A stretch of DNA of 64,000 nucleotides from Octopus vulgaris (lineage: Eukaryota), in contig OX597814.1 of assembly GCA_951406725.2 (NCBI GenBank), positions 40,610,001-40,674,000 of the forward strand, read 5' to 3'. Numbering within the stretch: the stretch's first letter is position 1; every line of letters begins with the position of its first letter. The notes under the pieces are model-generated. The model was not told the DNA's origin. It worked only from the letters and a program-made list of their open reading frames with translations, and made no database searches. Positions 1-12,291 of this stretch are shown here, one piece after another. Position numbers and translations under genes: made by a program.

Positions 1-74
1 AATATTTAAAGAATAAAAGAATATATATATATATATGTGTGTGTGTGTCTGTCTGTCTGTCTGTTTGTATGCAT

Positions 75-397
75 ATAGCAACACCCTGTCTGTTACAAGG
101 ACGAAGGACCTAGCTGTTACGATCAACAGAACAGCTTGCTCGTGAAATTAACGTGCAAGTGACTGAGCATTCCCCAGACACGTGTACCATTAACGTAGTT
201 CTCACGGAGATTCAGCGTGACACAGGAGATGACAAGGCTGGCCCTTTGAAATACTGGTACTATTCATTTTTACCAGCTGAGCGGACTTGAGCAACATGAA
301 ATAAAGTGTCTTGTTCAAGGACACAATGCGTCGCCGGGAATTGAACTCACGACCTCACCATCGTGAACCGAATGCTCTAACTACTGAGTCACGCGTC
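75..397 (-). mobile_element. tRNA-derived SINE with CORE-like body
   Basis: Minus strand reads GCGTGACTCAGTAGTTAGAGC (A box-like), then GTGAGTTCAATTCCCGG (B box), then TGTGTCCTTGAACAAGACACTT (CORE-like). It ends in simple repeats. Confidence 0.8.
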
Positions 398-414
398 TCC
401 GCAATGCATATAAA

Positions 415-513
415 TATGTATGTATGCAGGCATGCATGCATGTGTGTATGTATGTATGTATCTGTGTATGTGTGTATGTATGTATGTATGTATGTATGTA
501 TGTATGTATGTAT
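415..513. repeat. (TATG)n microsatellite
   Basis: Directly visible. Confidence 0.95.
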
Positions 514-942
514 GGTCACTTTCGAGTGTTCCTGGTAACATGTAACCCAGTACAACCTGTTGCATGTTCGGGTCGTCCGCAACTAAACCGGCAACCCCAC
601 CAAGCTTACTTGGTGAGGAGGGTGTTTATTGGACACCCTGCGGGAGGAAAAACAAAACCCGTCAAAGGGCGGAGGAACTCTTGATAGTCAACGGCCATCC
701 AATAAATGTATTAAGGCTGTATCATGCGCGGGAACATAGAAATACCCGATCGCGCGGTTAAAACATTGGGGCTGAATGACTCCTTTTCGGATTATGGCTG
801 CTGTTGCTTAGTGAGTGTGATTGACTCAGTGCACAGCCTTTCCTCACTTTAAAAAAAAATCTTCTTGCACAGGCATTGCACGATAACAACATTGATTAAG
901 TTTCGTGCAATGCCCATACTCGATAACGAGGGGACAGCCACC
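514..942 (+). mobile_element. Short non-autonomous retroposon, probably RTE-derived (5'UTR-like part plus RTE-like 3' tail)
   Basis: GC-richer 430-bp island between (ATGT)n tracts with several hairpins. It ends in CTCGATAACGAGGGGACAGCCACC followed by (ATGT)n, like RTE 3' ends with short-repeat tails. Confidence 0.5.
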
Positions 943-1031
943 ATGTATGTATGTATGTATGTATGTATGTATGTATGTATGTATGTATGTATGTATGTAT
1001 GTATATATGTGTGCATGTATGTATGTATGAA

Positions 1032-1118
<87 letters not shown>

Positions 1119-1200
1119 AATGTCGGTTTGTATGCATATTTGTATATGTATATGTATGTATTTATGCATGCATGTATTATATATGTAAATATGTATGTAT
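943..1200. repeat. Compound (ATGT)n/(TA)n microsatellite
   Basis: Directly visible. Confidence 0.95.
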
Positions 1201-1413
1201 GCGGGGTTACATTATGAAAACAATGCACAGAACAAGACAGATATCACCTTCGGTGAGGAGATATGCATTCAGAGATTTGAATGCGATTAACATTTACATA
1301 GAAGGGAATGATCCTTCAGATTTTGAATTCTACTCTTTCATAACAAGAAAGATATAAGAAAATATATATAGGACAAAAGTGATTCAGAAAATACCTACAC
1401 ATACTCACTCTTG

Positions 1414-1461
<48 letters not shown>

Positions 1462-1984
1462 AGTCTTATCATAGCATTGTCAGAGCATTTCAAATAATGT
1501 AATGTGAGAAAATTTTGTAAACAAGTGCCGAATAGATTGGTGTTCTACAGAAAATAAATGTATTCTCTGACGTACATGGCTTGTGACAACAGCTCAAAAA
1601 TCAGAAAATTTTTGGGAGGAAAGAGAAAATAAAACGGTCGCGTGTTTAATGATCTAGTGAGAAGGCAGTTCTATTGGTATAGTTAGGAATTATTGCTGTT
1701 AATATTATTGTGAATAATATTAATTTGGTGAAATTGGCATGAGCTCCTGCCGTATTTCTTTTGTCTTTTCATTGTGAGTTCTTGTTTCATCGCAGTCAAA
1801 TTTGTTTTTCATAGTTCGGAGTTTATGAAATAAGCACCAGTTGAACTCTGAAGTCAATGCAATAAACTTGTTTCCTCGTACGAACTTTTTGCCTGCCGTG
1901 GTTGACTTGCTTACTAATATAGGTAGGCAACGAGATAGTAAAATCTTTCTAGTGCAGAGCAAAATGCGTTAGGACTAATAAACA

Positions 1985-2900
1985 CATCAAGAAATACAAA
2001 ATCCACACCGTACTATGGTATAACGTGAACCACGCATGGAATGTTTCTCCGAAGATCGCTAGAGAGTAATTTGCTGTATTGGACAAGTATTTTACGAAAT
2101 CAGAAATACCACTCCATATTTAACAGGCATAAAATGAAGGTGTCATACGCCACCTCCTCTAACTTGGAGTAACATATGCAACGAATCAACAACAGGTAAC
2201 AAAACAAGGGCTCGGACAATGTATTTTTAAAAATTTTCGGTTAGACATGGGGTTAATGTAATTTCCGTTAGCGCGTGTTCTAACTGTTTGGGTATCGTTG
2301 TTGGTGGTGTGTGGTGATTTATACGTATGTTGTTTTATTATATGAATTTAATCCGGCCGAGCTAGATCCTTATTGTAATAGGGTGCATGTAGTTTGAATA
2401 GTTCCTCGTTGACAGACAATCTGTATACCTTAGTCTAAATATTACGTATAAGCCCCGTATAATGGAAGGTGGATGGTTAGACATGATGTTAATGTATTTT
2501 TATATTTGATTATACAAGACGTTAATGTATTTTTAATTTTTTATCAACCACTTCCTGACCACAAATATAACTCCACCACATTTACATTAGATTCTTTATA
2601 TCTTTTGTTATCAACTACTTTCTGAACACTACTTTCCCCTCTTCGTCAATGTGTGTGAACTATTTGCAACACAACAACAGAATCTACCTAGAAGCCAAAA
2701 CGAAATTTAAATCTTATAATTTTGAAACATGTTACATCTCCTGATGACGTTTTCTGCACTTTGCAATGCACCTGATATTATTATATATTTCCACAACCAC
2801 CAAGGAGCAGTGCAGAACGGAGCCGAAACTTTGCTTGTGCTAAATAAAGCTTCTACTAACATCCTATCTCCCGTAGCAATAATTTAAAATATACCCAATG
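1985..2900 (+). mobile_element. Decayed Naiad-like PLE fragment with 3' UTR and HHR-like motif
   Basis: 2007-2196 translates, with a frameshift and stops, to TVLWYNVNHAWNVSPKIARE*FAVLDKYF / QKYHSIFNRHKMKVSYATSSNLE*HMQRINNR. This aligns to TVLWFNPAF...HKFYRIFNRRTLNVSYSCCRNF in the 20391-21539 ORF. CTGATGA lies at 2741 and GAAAC at 2825. Confidence 0.7.
2735..2835 (+). ncRNA. Degenerate hammerhead-like motif with long stem II
   Basis: CTGATGA (2741-2747), CGTTTTCTGCACT pairing with AGTGCAGAACG (2809-2819), GAAAC (2825-2829). Stem III and the cleavage site are not resolvable. Confidence 0.45.
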
Positions 2901-3093
2901 GGCACATTGGAATTCTGAAGTAGATCCAGCGACGAAAGCGCAGTAACGCGGATGGCGCCTGGTATCAATAAGTGGTGAACGTCCTCTGCGGGCACTCTAC
3001 TTGGGACTTACTTGAAACAAAATTTAGATACTGCATTTTAAGGTTTCTTTTCTAAACCATAATCTGTAATTTTTAGTTTTACTTATATATATA

Positions 3094-3935
3094 CGTGGTC
3101 TGATCAATAATTATCCGGACCGTTACCATAGTCATAAAGCTAAAGCACACAGAGTGAAGGTGCACTAAATTTTAGCGTTCTAGCTCACCTTTGCTGTTTG
3201 CAGCAGTACTTGGAAGGAAGGTGTGGAACGTGTCATCGTCATATTGAACATGACAAAGCTGAGCTGTGAATCTGCCTCACATTTAGCAGAAAAATTAGCG
3301 TACCTGCGCAGAGGCCTACACAATTTTTTCAAAATTTTTCATCGTTCTCGACGTAATCAAGGTGATCTTCTGTAACTGAAACCCGAGTGTCTTCTTGGTC
3401 AGTTGAAATACGTTTTGGCTCAAACATGGCAGACACATGTCTCCTACCCAAATAGTCAGTGATAATGGACTGAACTAAAACATAACTAATCTGTACATCC
3501 TCTAATTACTCACCGATGGTGATTCGATGATATCCCCTCACAACCGCATGAATATCAGCGATGTTTTTCTCAGTTCTGCTGGTTGCGTGTCATCCAGATC
3601 GTTCATCAACATCAACATTTTTCGGCCATTTTGGAAGCGTCTGAATAACTCGTACACTTGTGGGTTGCTCATACACTCCTCTCTATACGCTTTCTGCAAC
3701 TTTGTGTAGGCCTTTGAGCAGGTATCGCCATGACAACTTTCTCTTTCATGGTCAATGCGAGAATCACATGCTGCATAGCCTTATTCCAGGCAGTGCTGTA
3801 AATAGTCGAATTGTAGTAGGACGTTTAAACGTAATATGCACAGTAGAGTGCAAAAGCAATGTTTACCAAGTGGCATCATATTGCGTGCTTCATATTCGTT
3901 ACTATGGTAACTGTCCTAATGCTTATTGATCAAAC

Positions 3936-3939
<4 letters not shown>
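3094..3939 (-). mobile_element. Mariner-family derivative with TIRs and TA flanks
   Basis: Ends CGTGGTCTGATCAATAATTATCCGGAC and GTCCTAATGCTTATTGATCAAACCTCA form imperfect TIRs. The minus strand encodes RITIGE*LEDVQISYVLVQSIITDYLGRRHVSAMFEPKRISTDQEDTRV (mariner HTH and WVP-linker region). Confidence 0.85.
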
Positions 3940-3975
<36 letters not shown>

Positions 3976-3979
<4 letters not shown>

Positions 3980-6900
3980 GAAACCCCGCTTATTCGTGCG
4001 TCGGCGTTCGCGGAACGAGTAATTTCTCGTAGAAATCACCGCATTGCGGAATCGTAAATATCGTCCCTGATTTTCTTTCTCACTTCTTTCGTGGAAATGT
4101 ATATTTGTTCACACTTTTTAAGGCTAAATTATTAATAATAGTATACCGCATTCGCCAGCTAACTGGATGCCTTTTTGCATCTGAAGCTCCCTCTGATTGA
4201 AAATAGCGGAGCACGAACGTCGCGTGATTACTTTAGATATAAGTACACTGTAACATCTTGTATCTCTTATTCAGTCAAAGCTCTCTAATTAGTAGAGCGA
4301 CATCTATGTATATTTCACGCACACACATATTCTCTGTCTCTCTCTCATTCTCTCTTGCTGTATTTGTCTCTCAACAACCTCTCTTATAAATATATAGGTG
4401 AAATTTATAGAAAAACAAAAGACGAAGACAGTTGTATGAACAAGTAGGCGTGTCTGAGTAGACACACACAAATACACCCACACACACACACACATTATAT
4501 TATTTATATTATTATATACATATATATGCACACGCACACACACAGCGTATCGCACCAGTATTACTTTGGCTAGTGATGACAGTTCAAAAACACGTACAAC
4601 ACGAGACAACGTTAAATTTATGTCAGCGCTGCTTTTAAATCATTCACCACATTTGATGATACACATTGATATTTGAACAGGATAATTTTTCCTTTATACC
4701 AATAGAACCTCATTGAAATTAGGTTACTCCTCTCTCTGTCTCTCTCTCTCTCTCTCACTGTCGTTCTATCTATCTCTCTTATAATTATCAGCACCCTCAT
4801 TAGAATTTTTGTTGTTATTATTATTATTATCATCATCATCATCAACATCATTATTATTATTAATATTATTAATATTATTGTTATTATTGTCCTTATTATT
4901 ATTATTTTTGTTGTTGTTGTAGTTGTTGTTGTTTTTGTTGTTGTTGTTGCTGCTGTTGTGGTTGCTATTGTTGTATGGAATACTGTTTCTACTCGTAACA
5001 CAAACTAAATTTTCAAAACCGTCATTACTTTCAATCTCTGGTCAATCTCTCATCGGTGGTATGCGCATATTACACGCAAGGAAGATTAATTGTGTTCGTT
5101 CTTGGAGGAAAAACCCGCATATAGTAGATATCTCGAGTGTTTTGTTGAGGGTTGTCATTTTTCGCAGCTAGTTATTAAATCCTTAAGGTACCACCCAAAC
5201 GCCCTACACCTTCTAATGCTTCTGGCAGTGAACCTAATCGCCAGGAAAAGATTATAATGCTCCAGGAGAAGGTACAACTACTGGATATGATTCAGGAAAG
5301 TAAAATTTATGCTGCAGTAGGTGACTATTATTATATCAAACAAAGCAAGATACGCTACATAAAGAAGAATGTGGTAGCGATCAGGTTACCGTAGCAGTTA
5401 ATTTCTGTGAAAGTGTCAAAAAGATAACCGCAGTGAGAAATAAGAATTCGGTCATGATGAAATCTGCCTTTTCATTGTGTATCAGTGACTGCAAGACAGA
5501 AAACATTTCGTTGAGTGGTAGCATCATCCGTGAGAAAGCGCAGAAAATATACCAGCAGTTCGGCAGAGGAGACGGAGGAGTATTAATCGAAGAATTGCAA
5601 CTAAGACCAATGATAGTACTGGAGCCCGAAATATTTTAAGCCAGCTAGGGATGGTTTGGCCGTTTCAAGAATCGGCTTAAAATAAAGTGTGCTTCGCTGC
5701 ATGGAAAGACAGCATCAGCCGACAAAGAAGCTGCTGAGAAGTACATTGAGACATAGAGGCAGGTCATCGAGGACAATGTATACAAGCCAGAATCAGTTTT
5801 CAATATGGACGAGATTCACTTGTTCTGGATAAAGTTGCCTTCCAAAACGTACATCATGAAGGACGAAGGACGAAGGACGAAGCCCGACCACTCACCAGGA
5901 TTTAAGGCACAGAAGGGTAATTATGTGTGGCAATGCTGCTGGCTTCATGACGAAAGCAAGACTTATTTACAAGTCTGCGAGATCGAGGGCCTTAAAAAAT
6001 AAGAATAACATTCTGCTGCCTGTCCACTGGATGCACAACACCCAGGGTCTGGATTACCAAAAGTCTAACTTTGAACTGGTTCCACTAAAGCTTCATCCCT
6101 CTAGTCAAAGCGTACCTCTTACGTGTATGCATGGAATTCAAAGTGCCGCTTATTATGGATACTGCTGATGGTCACTATTAGGAGTCGAGTGACGAGGTAG
6201 TCGAATTCCAACCCCTTGCTAACACCAACTCCTTCATTCAGCCTGTGGATTAAGGCGTGATCCGTACCTTCAAGGCACTTTATATTCGGACCTCTCCCCA
6301 AAACCTTGTGGTCGTAATGGATTCGGAAGTGAATTTCAAATTAATCGAGTACTGGCGTAACTTCACGCTCGCAATGTGGATGTCAGTCAGCCACGCTGCT
6401 CTTAAAGATATGAAAAAGTATCACTCAACGCATGATGGAAAAAGGTATGGCCAGATTGTCCAGGATTACGAGGGTTTCTCAGTTAAAGATATTCAGCAAC
6501 TGGCTGTCAATAATGCGGTGAATCTGGCAAAGGTAATTAGTGGCGAAGGTTTTGACGACATCACGCAAAATGAGGTCAACAACCTCATCGATGCCCACTC
6601 TGAAAAATTTACAAACGAAGATTTTTTGGGATTAGTTAATTCCAACAAATCTTAGCCAGCGAAGAGGGGTAAGCACCAGATCCAGAGGAAAGGGAACAGG
6701 GCCTGACTATCGAACGTCTGTCCTATATTTTAAGGAAGGCAAGCTATTGCAAGGGAAGACGGAAGCATGACATCCCTAGATGACTCGGTCTCTCCAATTT
6801 AAAAACACCGTTCATGTTGCCATGCAGACATATAGATCTCTCTTCGCCACTATGAAGATACAACGACATTAACTTCCCATCCCAATGTTTCTCAAGCCCA

Positions 6901-7085
6901 CAAAGAGTATATTGCAGGAACATTCGAAATCCACTAAAACACGTGAGGTATACGCCCCACCTGAGGAGCTTGAAATCTTCTTTGCTGTGCAGTCATTACC
7001 TTCATTATTTTCATCATCATTGTCTTACATCAATGTCATTGATTAATGGTAAAGAACTGTATGTCTTACTATAGCTTTTATTAAA
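3976..7085 (+). mobile_element. Tigger/pogo DNA transposon, decayed and lacking a recognisable right TIR
   Basis: Left TIR-like AGTGAAACCCCGCTTATTCG follows (TA)n. Contains the transposase pseudo-ORF and internal microsatellites. Confidence 0.85.
5188..6970 (+). pseudogene. Tigger (CENP-B HTH + DDE_1) transposase pseudogene
   Basis: Fragments PPKRPTPSNASGSEPNRQEKIIMLQEKVQLLDMIQE, ISLSGSIIREKAQKIYQQF, FNMDEIHLFWIKLPSKTYI and IRTFKALY...LIEYWRNFTL, with multiple stops and frameshifts. Confidence 0.9.
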
Positions 7086-7089
7086 TTAT

Positions 7090-7107
7090 TAGACGTCAAT
7101 TTAGTGA

Positions 7108-7168
<61 letters not shown>

Positions 7169-7191
7169 TTACGTCACTAAATTGACGTCTA
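7090..7191. repeat. 22-bp perfect inverted repeat enclosing (CA)n(TA)n
   Basis: TAGACGTCAATTTAGTGACGTA (7090-7111) and TACGTCACTAAATTGACGTCTA (7170-7191). Confidence 0.95.
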
Positions 7192-7234
7192 TGAATTTGC
7201 TTTTAGGTCCTTAAATAGCTAATATGAGACAACC

Positions 7235-7271
<37 letters not shown>

Positions 7272-7415
7272 ATATATATTTTTATGTATATATATATATA
7301 TATATTGATAAAAATGGCAAGACAACAAAAGAATGAAAGCGACCTCGATATTATTATTATGTAAATAGAGGAAGTTATCTGTAAATGTACTATGTGACAA
7401 TTATTCGGTAACCAT

Positions 7416-7475
7416 GATAAAACTCAGAGTTTCTAATGCTGAGGTGGAAATCCACGCGGACATCTCTTCGTTATC
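7416..7475 (-). ncRNA. Degenerate type-I hammerhead motif
   Basis: Minus strand: GATAA-C(T)GAAGA-GATG...CATT-A-GAAAC-TCTGA-GTT-TTATC. Stem I is GATAA/TTATC; one core nucleotide is missing. Confidence 0.5.
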
Positions 7476-7777
7476 CGGCCTTAAGAAAAATACTATGAAA
7501 AATGACCGTGATACAAAGTGAAATTACTGTGTGATTGAGCGTTATTAAGACAAAAGAGATATTTGAATGACCGCTAAGTGAGAGGACGGAGTAAAAGTAA
7601 GGGGGTAAAAATGTTCATAGTATTCGCGTGTCCGTATAAAGACGTGGTCTACTTTTCGTATATTTCCCTTACGCCTTTTTTCTGTATTGTTACCCATAGC
7701 CCTGTGATGAACCTTTATGGTGCGCGTGTGGGGGTTGTGTATAAATATACATATAGAAATCTTATAGAAATCTCAAC

Positions 7778-7888
7778 ATTGCTTACGGCCGTTTCGGCTA
7801 CCAAATTCCGTCTACAAAATTCCGAAAATAATATTCGTCATCTTTAGAGCACGTCCGATCTACTACGTAAAGCTTCATCAGATCGAAT
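7778..7888 (-). ncRNA. Type-I hammerhead motif with ~70-nt insertion in stem II
   Basis: Minus strand: CTGATGA-AGCT...AGCC-GAAAC-GGCC-GTA. Stem III is the palindrome ACGGCCGT with a GUA triplet; stem I is imperfect. Confidence 0.55.
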
Positions 7889-8802
7889 AGAAATACATTA
7901 AATAAAAGAAGAGGGAAGACGAAAGAACAGTGACTTGAGATGAGGCAAGAAGATTTGATAGTTTAAAATCATACTATTTTGCAGTGTGAAACATGATGTC
8001 GATGGGCAAAGGTGTAAACTACCAAATCGTTGAGAAAAATAATTCGGTGGGCTATCTATTTTTATAGGGGTACCAGGGTGTAAAACGTATAGTAAAATAA
8101 ACTAGTGCTGAAGTATAATACAAATTGCCAATGTGTCTAGAAAAGTGGTAGTACTTGTGATTTCGTAAATAGAGCTAATTAAAATTTTTACAGAAACATA
8201 TCCGTAAAGTTTTTTATAATAGTGTACTTACTGAAGGATTCTAGGGACCGACAACCTGTCTGCAATAGAAATGACCAACGTCCATCCGTCTCTGCAACTG
8301 GTCAGTTACATTTAAAACCAAGGACAAGGTAAGAGCGTTACAGGGGTTGACGTCTATCCCAATACTTTACAAGAATAGTGTGTGTGTGTGTGTGCATGTG
8401 CGTTCTTGTATTTGATCGAAATGTGAGTGCGTGTGCGTGTGCGTTCTTGTCTTTGCTAGATGTGTGTGTGTGCATCAACTTTCTTCTCTTTGACAGATAT
8501 GTATGTGTACATAAAATTTGAGTGTGACGCTATTGTTGTGTAACTCTATTACGTGTTTTGTGTGAATATTGTTTGAATTCATGAGTGTGTGTTTCCTTAA
8601 TATCTGTTGCTGTGTGTATATACTGCTGTTGAATAACGTGTATAGCAAACTAATTTTTGCGTGTTTTCAGCGTTTCTGTGTATGGTCACTTTTATGTATG
8701 TGAGGCTGTGTCACGTATATGTTTGGCTTATGTCATAGACCTAGATGTATGCATGAGGAGATTGAGTCGTGACAAAAGAGGAGGGTGTTGTGAGGAAAGC
8801 GC

Positions 8803-9110
8803 AGACATGGTTTTGTTGTTAAGAAGCTAGCTTTCCAGCAACGTGGTTACGGGTTATTTTGCACTACTTGGCATTTCTACTATAGCCCTGAGTCGTCCAG
8901 GGACATGTGAGAGATGTGGTTTAACGGAATCTGTGTCCAAGTCCTTCACAGTAATATAGTTATCAGTGTGTGTTTGTGTGTGTGTGTTTATACGTGTGCG
9001 TTTGTGTGTGTGTGTGTTTGTCTCTAAGTCTTCGCAAGTTTACTTTATTTACGTAGCCGTAACTTAGCTATTCAGCAAGCTATACCGATAAGATAAGGAC
9101 CAAATTTTAA
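8803..9110 (+). mobile_element. tRNA-derived SINE (same family as 22104 and 44297), decayed
   Basis: Head CATGGTTTTGTTGTTAAGAAGC, body TTCTACTATAGCC and an internal (TG)n. Similar to 22104-22470. Confidence 0.6.
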
Positions 9111-11053
9111 ATCAAACACGTAATACATGTGTGTGTGCGCTCGCATACGTGCGTATGTGTTTGCGTGTAAGAATATAACCACTTTTGTTACGTTTACAAA
9201 ATTGCACATGAGTGTTTTTTAATATTAACATTTAGAAATATCCTGTCGTAATTACATTTCAACTGTATACAAAAGGTGTGCAAAGCCGAGTACAAAAGAT
9301 ACGCTATATAAGATGAATATGTTGTTATTCAATATACACCTTAAAATGCCAGCACAAGAGATAGTTATAAAATGTTTTGCTTGAATATTATTGAAAAAGT
9401 ATTAAATATATATTTCAGTACATTTATATTTTATTTTACAGCACTGCATGTTTCAAAACAGATTCCAAACACAGACAAGATGTGTCAAATGAATAAATAA
9501 AGATTCATTCTAAGAATTACATTTGTGAAAGCGAATAGTAGATATAGTTAAACATCTATGTATGTAATTTGTAGCATTGAATTAAAGGATCACTGTATGA
9601 ATGTTCCGTTACGTTTTCTTTACTTCTATAGAGAGAGATTTGAAAGAGTAACATGATAAATATGCCATGATACTGAAGATAAAGATTATACTATAATTGT
9701 TCATACGAAACCAATATATATTGTACTCATGTACAAAAATAAATGAATTTCGGGAGAAAATCAATTGCATATTTAGTGGGGGAGGTATTTTCTTTGTTTT
9801 ATATATATACTTTTTGTGCGTGTGTTACAAGCTATTATATTATTGTCAGCAATCTGTAAATGCAAAAGAAATAAATAATAGTTGGCTGCTATAATGAAGT
9901 ACATCCTGTCTTTTCAGGTGTCACCAATTCAGCAAGCACTGATCTAATTTGTAGCTGACTGAAATATTTCTTGACTTTCTAATTGAATTTTAACGCCGAA
10001 GAAAAAAGGAACAAAGCGATCTTTCGAGCAAATAAAGAATATGTGTGTGTCTGTGCGCGCGCGTGTGTATGCGCGCGTGTGTGTCTGTGTGTATCTACCT
10101 ATATGTATAAGCGTGTGGAAAATTCATTTTTGCATGTGTATCACGGTTTTTGGCGTATACAGGTATAAATACAATACAAACGAACTTACATACGTCAGCA
10201 TCCAATCACTTATAGACACGTATTTATACAATGAAGTATGAATAACACAAGAGGAATACGTGTTTAAATTAGGTTTTAATTTACGGAACGTTTCAATGGC
10301 ATCGAGAAGGATTATTGTAGATATAGTACCTAAGATTATTTATTGCAGCTAGGTTGCTAGAAATTGCAGAATATCGCCGAGTTTCACTAAGTATTTCCAT
10401 TATTATGAAGGCTTTATGCACATTCCAATGATAATTTCTTCTCTAGAACTCTATAATTGCAGATAACATTTATAAGAATGTATTAATGTTTAACGTTTAT
10501 CATTTTTAAAACTTTAGTTTTAAGTTACAAATAAATAAAGTGTTAACATATATTGTAACTCATCATTTCAGACGAGCAAAACACTGCTGCGCTTAAGGTG
10601 CATATACTGTTCTTTAGTTTGTAGTGCCTGAGCAGCCTGCTCCGTAGATGAACCATCAATATTAGAAGTAGAAGCATCAATGCATTATGAGAAACATTGA
10701 TATGTCTAACCTGAAACAATCACATCATTATAATCTTCATCTATTTTGGAAACATATCTTGAGATGGTAACTTCTACCAGATACACAATCTTCACACACA
10801 TTGCAGTAAGACTTATTCTCCGAAATATATAATTCTTCCCTAGCTACTTCGTAATACCTGCTGTAAATATAACTACAAGTACAAAGATATAGTAAATGTG
10901 TTTCTTGCGTAACTCTAAAATTTTGTTCTATGGTTCAAATAGGTTTCAGAAATATGCTGTTATGAAGAATCCTGACACATTCCGTCTCGCATGTGTCAGG
11001 TGTCAATCTGAAGAGATGTAACGTAATGATAAACAATCTAGAGACTGCGAATA

Positions 11054-11720
11054 CAGAGTGTTCGAGCTATATTTACAATACAATATCCTATCCAAAACTA
11101 AAAGTTTTTAAAACGTTAAACGATTTCAAGAAAGATTATGATTGAGATATAATAGTTTATTCATAATAGATATACTCAATGGACGTCATGTCCTCAAGAC
11201 GGCTATAGATACTAGTGCATGCGTTCTTCCGTGTATCTCTGGGAAGATCTTTGAATACATCCTTAATCTTCGCTACCATTTCGAACTCTGTGCTGCAAGC
11301 AGAACGGATGATGATTTTCTCAATCAGGCCCTACTCGGAACAATACGTGAAATTGCCAATGGTGAAGTCATAGAGACAACTGACAATAACATCTGACTCC
11401 ATCCGAACGAAAGGAGAGGAGCCGAATCTTGCTGCCGCACGTATACTATTACAACAGGAACCGTTTCCAGACAGTGATTGAACATATTTTCTAGCAGCCT
11501 AGCATAGCCGTTTGCATACATCCTACCTCACTGTTTATCAGTTGTTTCATGAATTCCAGCGTGCGGAAATAGGCAGAATGTCTGGGGTGACAGTTCCCAT
11601 TGACCATTATTTCATGTATGCTGCTACTGTTCATGTCACGTTTTACAGAACATTGAAGAGCAGTCATCATGTTAGCCTTCTGATAACCGGTGTGAATCCT
11701 CAGAATAAAATGTTTTCTTA
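11054..11720 (-). mobile_element. maT/Bmmar1-like Tc1-mariner transposon remnant (3' half)
   Basis: Minus-strand fragments YVRQQDSAP and RSACSTEFEMVAKIKDVFKDLPRDTRKNACTSIYSRLE. Terminal TA-CAGAGTGTTCGAGCTA at 11052. Confidence 0.75.
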
Positions 11721-12220
11721 ATTTAAATCGGCTTCCAGGCCTTCATGCCAAGTAATTTGTTCTCATTTACAACTTTAATTTTTATACTTACCAATACAGT
11801 TAACATTTTACTAATAAATCAAGCTGTTGTTGTAAAAACTGAGACATAGAGTGACATCATATTTAGCCTGAGCTAACTCTATATCAAGCGAACGAATGAA
11901 AATAATTTTATAAGGTGTTTGATAAGTGGTTTTCCGTATTTGCAAATTGTGCTAACAGGATTAATTTGGAAAGTTTCATCGAAAAGCTATTTGGAAGCAG
12001 CATGAAATCACAGCGTACAATTGTGTGTGAAAAATCAGGTGTTAAAGATACCCAGTAAAGATTTTAACGCCGCATTTCGTGTTCAGATTAAATGATCTCA
12101 TGTTATAGTAAACAAAACCTGAAGTGTAATGCTGGTATCGTACTCTCCATAAATTGAAAGTGGCGATACATGCAATTAGCGAAACTATCGAACATTTTGA
12201 AAGGATACGACCGCGTAAGA

Positions 12221-12291
<71 letters not shown>

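Larger units (their letters stand above)
7306..8100 (-). mobile_element. Non-coding PLE-like terminal repeat(s) with two HHR-like motifs, 3' end abutting (TA)n
   Basis: HHR motifs at 7416-7475 and 7778-7888. The terminal tail TTCCTCTATTTACATA...ATCGAGGTC...TTCTTTTGTTGTC is shared with 18946-19005 and 51939-52002. Confidence 0.55.

Noticed and set aside
311-1228. Many 60-110 aa ORFs with YI/CV/HT/MYVC repeats, here and throughout the window
   Set aside because: Translations of stop-free microsatellites.
10971-11030. 10-bp hairpin CCTGACACAT/ATGTGTCAGG followed by CTGAAGA
   Set aside because: No GAAA half-core at a suitable position; an isolated hairpin could be chance.
12080-12213. Plus-strand exon-like segment ending at GTAAGA
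   Set aside because: All frames contain stops from either acceptor, and there is no other support.
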